A stretch of DNA of 20,623 nucleotides, taken from Rhizaria sp. SCN 62-66. Its lineage: Eukaryota. Below the pieces are notes generated by a model. It worked only from the letters and a program-made list of their open reading frames with translations. It did not search any database and was not told the DNA's origin. Positions within the stretch are counted from its first letter, which is position 1. The number at the start of each line of letters is the position of its first letter. Below are positions 16,701 through 20,623 of this stretch, piece after piece. Position numbers and translations under genes: made by a program. The stretch is taken from the NCBI GenBank assembly GCA_001724265.1, contig MEDY01000224.1, positions 62,001 through 82,623 of the forward strand, in the 5' to 3' direction.

Positions 16701-18477
16701 TGCGGACACTGGCAATAGTAGCGGCACTGCGACTGGTACGGTGATAATCGCGAAGCTGCCTATGCCTCAGCGCACCGCTCTGCGGCGTGCCGTTTCCACC
16801 GCGTCCTCGATCGCGCCCCTGCGCGAGCGGTTCGGGTCGGAGCGCGCGGCCGCCGCGGAGGCCGAGGCGCGGGCGCGTGCGGAGGCGGCAGCGGAGCTAA
16901 TTGGGGTGACTGTGGGCGCGCTGGCAAGGGCCGCGGGGCTGCCCGGGGGATTTGCGGGGCTCGGCGCATATGAAGATGAACAGGACAACAACAAAAACAA
17001 CGCGAGGCTGACTACTGCCACGACCGATGATGCAAGTGCTCATGGTAATGAGACTGCTCCCATAAGTGACTGTGAGTTTGATAGGATTGATGTGATGTAT
17101 CGCTCGCAGGCACGCGTTCTCCTCACGGGCTCAGGTACGTAACAAAACGCATCTCACAAACGTCTTTGAAATACCACCAAATACGTCATTTGTATGCATT
17201 ATTGATTTTGTGGTGTTCACGCTTTCACCGAGACAATTTGATGTTTGCTTTATTGCTATCTACTTTTCCCAGGCGCCGACGAGCAGCTTGGCGGCTACGG
17301 ACGGCACCGCACGACATGGATCCGAGCGCAGCGGCCCGACGCCACCGCGCCTCCATTCGCGAGTGCAAACGCTAATTTAGGCTCAAGCGTTGGTTCTAGC
17401 ACTGATAGGGCTGACGCAAGCGGTGCCGCGGCGCGTGATGACGACGGCGACGGGGAAGGCGAGGGCGCGGGGGCAGCCGCCGTGGCTGCGCTGGCGCTGC
17501 ACGATCCTCAGAACTTTGGCCAGATCCGGGAAGGTTTCAAGCTCCTCTTCCCAGATGGACTGGATGGTATGGCCGATACTCGTTTGTTCGATAGCTTATT
17601 TTTGTATTTGCCGTTTTTTTTCAATGTAGTTATTGTTATCTCACCTCAACACATCTGTTTCCGTTTTTTTTTTCACACAGAATCGTCCCTGTCTCCCGAC
17701 GCGCTGGCGCTGCTACGGCGCCGCCGCGCCCAGCGCGCGCTGTCGCTGCAGCTGCGGCACGACGTGTCTCGCATTTGGCTGCGCAATCTCGGCCGCGACG
17801 ACCGTGCAGTGGCGGCGTGCGCGCGCGAGGCCCGCAGCCCGTTCCTCGACGAGGGCGTCATGGCCTTTTTGGCGCGCTTCCAGGACGGGGCGCCCGGGGA
17901 CGCATGCAGCGGCAAGACTATCTCGGAAAGGACTGAAAACGACACGAACGGCAGCAATACTGCGCTGTTTGTCGATGCAGAGGGCGATGAAGGGTTAATG
18001 GCGTTTGTTCGCGACATTTTCGCAGCCATTAATAATGCGTGCAATGAAGACAGTTGCAATGATCGTGCAATTGTAGCGCATACTACGTCCGAGCCTGAGT
18101 CTGCGACCCCGACTGCTTCTGCGACTGTAACTGTGACTACAGTTGAACACTCTTGGCCTGTCCTGCCTTTACGCGCTTTGTGCGACCCCCGCCTGCCCGC
18201 GGGCGCCGGGGACAAACAGCTGCTGCGCCTGGTCGCGCGCGCGCTCGGTCTGCGCGGCGCGGGGCGGCTGGTCAAGCGCGCGATGCAGTTCGGGACGCGG
18301 TTGGCGGATAAAGAGGCTGACGCGACCGCGACTGTGGGGCCCGAGACGCCGCTGGAGAGGCTCGTGAACCCGCGTTTTGTGGGTGAGGCGGCCGCGGCGA
18401 TGGGCGGCAAGAGCAGCAAGGACGGTAAAAATATGAAGAGCAACAAAGGGGGAACTAACAAGGCTGCTGTGCAATGA
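13712..18477 (+). CDS. ASNSD1: Asparagine synthetase domain-containing protein 1 (ASNSD1/YML096W family); join(13712..15949,16068..16150,16269..17134,17273..17566,17681..18477), 1,426 codons including the final TGA and one internal TAG at codon 292
   Basis: Ntn amidotransferase motifs MCGI, RGPD, VLSLRG..QP, YNGEVF, SDT, EGPFA, RD..GRRSLL. Synthetase motifs VAFSGGIDC, PIDLISVAF, PDR, TVMD, LLTGSGADEQLGGYGRH, RNLGRDDR, EARSPFLDE, GDKQLLR, KRAMQFGTR. Splicing at four GT-AG introns joins the motifs in frame (4,278 nt, divisible by 3). Confidence 0.92.
15950..16067 (+). other. ASNSD1 intron 1 (118 nt, phase 0)
   Basis: GTACGT...T-rich...TGCAG; joins DADT|IDAATPDR. Confidence 0.9.
16151..16268 (+). 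other. ASNSD1 intron 2 (118 nt, phase 2)
   Basis: GTACGT...TTTAG; joins PERPWR|LIKANL. Confidence 0.9.
17135..17272 (+). other. ASNSD1 intron 3 (138 nt, phase 1)
   Basis: GTACGT...TTTTCCCAG; removal rebuilds the conserved TGSG|ADEQLGGY motif. Confidence 0.95.
17567..17680 (+). other. ASNSD1 intron 4 (114 nt, phase 1, in frame and stop-free)
   Basis: GTATGG...very T-rich...TTTCACACAG; composition matches the other introns rather than the flanking exons. Confidence 0.8.
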
Positions 18478-19151
18478 AGCATTGGGGAAATGTTGAAACA
18501 CAAATGAATACGGTAACAATTAAGTGCTGTGCCTATATAGTGAATACACATATACTAGATGATATTTTTCACTTTAGACGTTGACACAGGTCTCGCACAG
18601 AAGATTCACAAGTGTGGCTTTTACGAAAGCATTCAAGAAGCTCAATTAGGATATCCCACTTGTCAGCGTTGTCAATAGACGGATATCAATACTATTGACA
18701 GTCAACATAGTTCAATCGCGTTTTTGCATGATGTGACACAACAGATGATTAAGAGGATCCATTGACTCAATGGTTCTCGAGTTCCATCATCACCGACTGG
18801 AGATTGGCACTGGTTCCTAAAAAATCGGCCGGCTGGTAGGCCGGATCGACGAGGACAATCCAGAGGCAAACTTTGGGTTCTATCTTGTCAAAATATTCGT
18901 ATTTGTGTTCGCCTATTAGCGTAGAGATACGCATATTGTACAGAGAGCTTAATGAATATTCAAATCTTCAAATCATATCTCCTGATAAAGTCGTATTTGA
19001 GCTGCTATGCCCTATTTCGAGCGACCCATTTTGCATGACCCTCCTCTAACCCCATTTGCTGTTTCAACCTCCCTGCTCTCTTCCAATTCTCACTGTTTCA
19101 TTGCTGTCATTGGCTGTGCATGTTACTCCGCTTCTGCAGGACCGCGTCTCA

Positions 19152-20623
19152 ATGGCTGATACCGCGGGCAAATCGCAGAGCTCGCGCCCCGGCGGGTTCC
19201 TCAACATGCCCGATCTCCGCACGCTGACGGCTCCCCAGGCCGCGGACGCGCTCGTCAAGACGGAGCAGTTCTACGTCCACAAGGGTCTCCGCGTCATGGA
19301 CGAGATCCGCCGCCGTCTCCTGCTCCACTCTGAGCGCGGCGACGAGATCCTGCCTGAGAACGTCATCAACGAGATCTTCCTCTCAACCGAGCAGCTCTAC
19401 GATTTCAACTCCGGCCTGCTCAAGAAGCTCGAGGAGGCCCGCTGGGAGGGCACCGAGAGATTCCTCTGCACGCTGGGCGAGATCATCGACCCGCTACTGC
19501 CCTACCTGCGTCTTTACACCGAGTTCGTGCTTAAGTCCCGCGCTTCCATCTCCGCCGTGAGGGAGCGTAACGAGAAGAGCAAGACCTTCCGCAGTTTCCT
19601 CGAGATCAACGAGAAGGTCGCCGGCACCGACCTCTTCACGCTCCTCTCCTCTCCCATGAACCGTTTCCCGCAGTACATCACGTTTCTCGGCGCAATTCAC
19701 TCCGCGCTGCCCCCCGACCACCCGGCCGCGGTGTCCCTGGGCGCCACCATCAACAAGGTCCAGGGCATCATGGACTCCATTTCTTCCCGCGCTGAGAATA
19801 CCATCCGCCGCGAGCGTGTCGTGCAGCTGCAGCAGAACTTTTTCAAGAACGACGTTGCGCTGGTTGACCCCACGCGCCGCTTTTACCGCCAGGGCCTCGT
19901 CTACGTCGTCAAGGACGCGCGTCGCAAGGAGGAGCACTCCATGACGCTCTTCAACGACTGCATTCTGCTCTCGCAAAAGGGGCTTTTCGGCGTTTCGGTC
20001 AAGCACGTTGTGCAGCTCGCCGGTATCGGGCTCTCGCTCTCGCCCTCCGCGGCGGGCGTCGAGAACTCGTTCAAGCTCACCACCTCGCTCGGCGGCGTCA
20101 AGGAGGAGTATTGGCTTCAGGTATGTTTCTGAACGAAACGCACATATTTCGTATAATATCTGGGCACTTTTCGAAATTATTTCATTTTATAATCCACATT
20201 TTGTTGCTGTTCTTATATCTTATTTGAATTTTTATTCTTACCTGATGACATTTTGATGATATGTCCCTCATTTTCGTCTTACACTGGCCGTTCTTAACTC
20301 CCTAGGTCGAGTCTGACAAGCTGCGCGCGCGCTGGCTGAACGACATCGTCGAGGCCGTCTACTCCTACTACTCCTGGGATCTCGACTCCGCGGACCCAGC
20401 CAAGCGCACCGGCACCGGCGCGGGCGCCACGGGTACCGGTACGCGTGCCCAGTTCAACCTGCAGGTGCTGCACCCGTCCGAGTTCGGCAAGATGATCCGC
20501 AAGAAGAGCTACGACGAGAAGAAGCTCATCCCCAAGGTCGAGCCCACGTTCTCGCCCGAAGTCATGGCGCTTACCGTGGACCGCCGCCGCAAGGCCGCCG
20601 CCACGGCCGCCGCGGCCGCGCCC
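19152..20623 (+). CDS. Dbl-family Rho guanine nucleotide exchange factor (DH-PH), 3'-partial; join(19152..20120,20306..>20623)
   Basis: DH domain (~19230-19797): LVKTEQFYV, IFLSTEQLYDFNSGLLKKLE, LGEII...LRLYTEFV, LLSSPMNRFPQY. PH domain: PTRRFYRQG, LFNDCILL, NSFKL, and after the intron VESDKLRARWLNDI. The frame stays open to the window end. An additional upstream coding exon cannot be excluded. Confidence 0.9.
20121..20305 (+). other. RhoGEF intron (185 nt, phase 0)
   Basis: CAG|GTATGT...AT-rich...CTTAAC branch-like motif...CCCTAG|GTC; removal completes the PH C-terminal helix. Confidence 0.93.

Noticed and set aside
17673-20101. Antisense ORFs to ASNSD1 exon 5 and to the RhoGEF (17673-18551, 19494-20006 and others)
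   Set aside because: Mirror frames of well-supported + strand genes.
1-20623. CRISPR arrays, rRNA/tRNA genes, transposase or reverse-transcriptase genes, prokaryotic operon signals
   Set aside because: None seen; the repeats present are coding trinucleotide runs and the gene structure is spliceosomal.

Overview
Eukaryotic, probably protist, nuclear DNA: very GC-rich coding sequence separated by AT-rich intergenic DNA and short (114-185 nt) GT-AG introns. Three protein-coding genes are supported. (1) A giant minus-strand ORF (probable ATG at 12732, TAA at 1033-1035, about 3,899 aa, no internal introns) encodes an Ala-rich protein with up to four PLC/Num1-type PH-like domains, a copine-like C2 domain and an acidic DPF/FDDF tail. 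(2) A head-to-head, 5-exon ASNSD1/YML096W-family gene lies at 13712-18477. (3) The 5' part of a Dbl-family DH-PH RhoGEF runs from 19152 to the window end. The most notable signal is a single in-frame TAG (14585-14587) inside the otherwise intact ASNSD1 frame. It could reflect codon reassignment, readthrough or editing, a recent nonsense allele, or a sequencing error. The only TAA 'stop' in the window overlaps a perfect GTAAGT splice donor, so TGA is the only stop codon whose use here is unambiguous. All domain calls are by eye from motifs; no searches were run.
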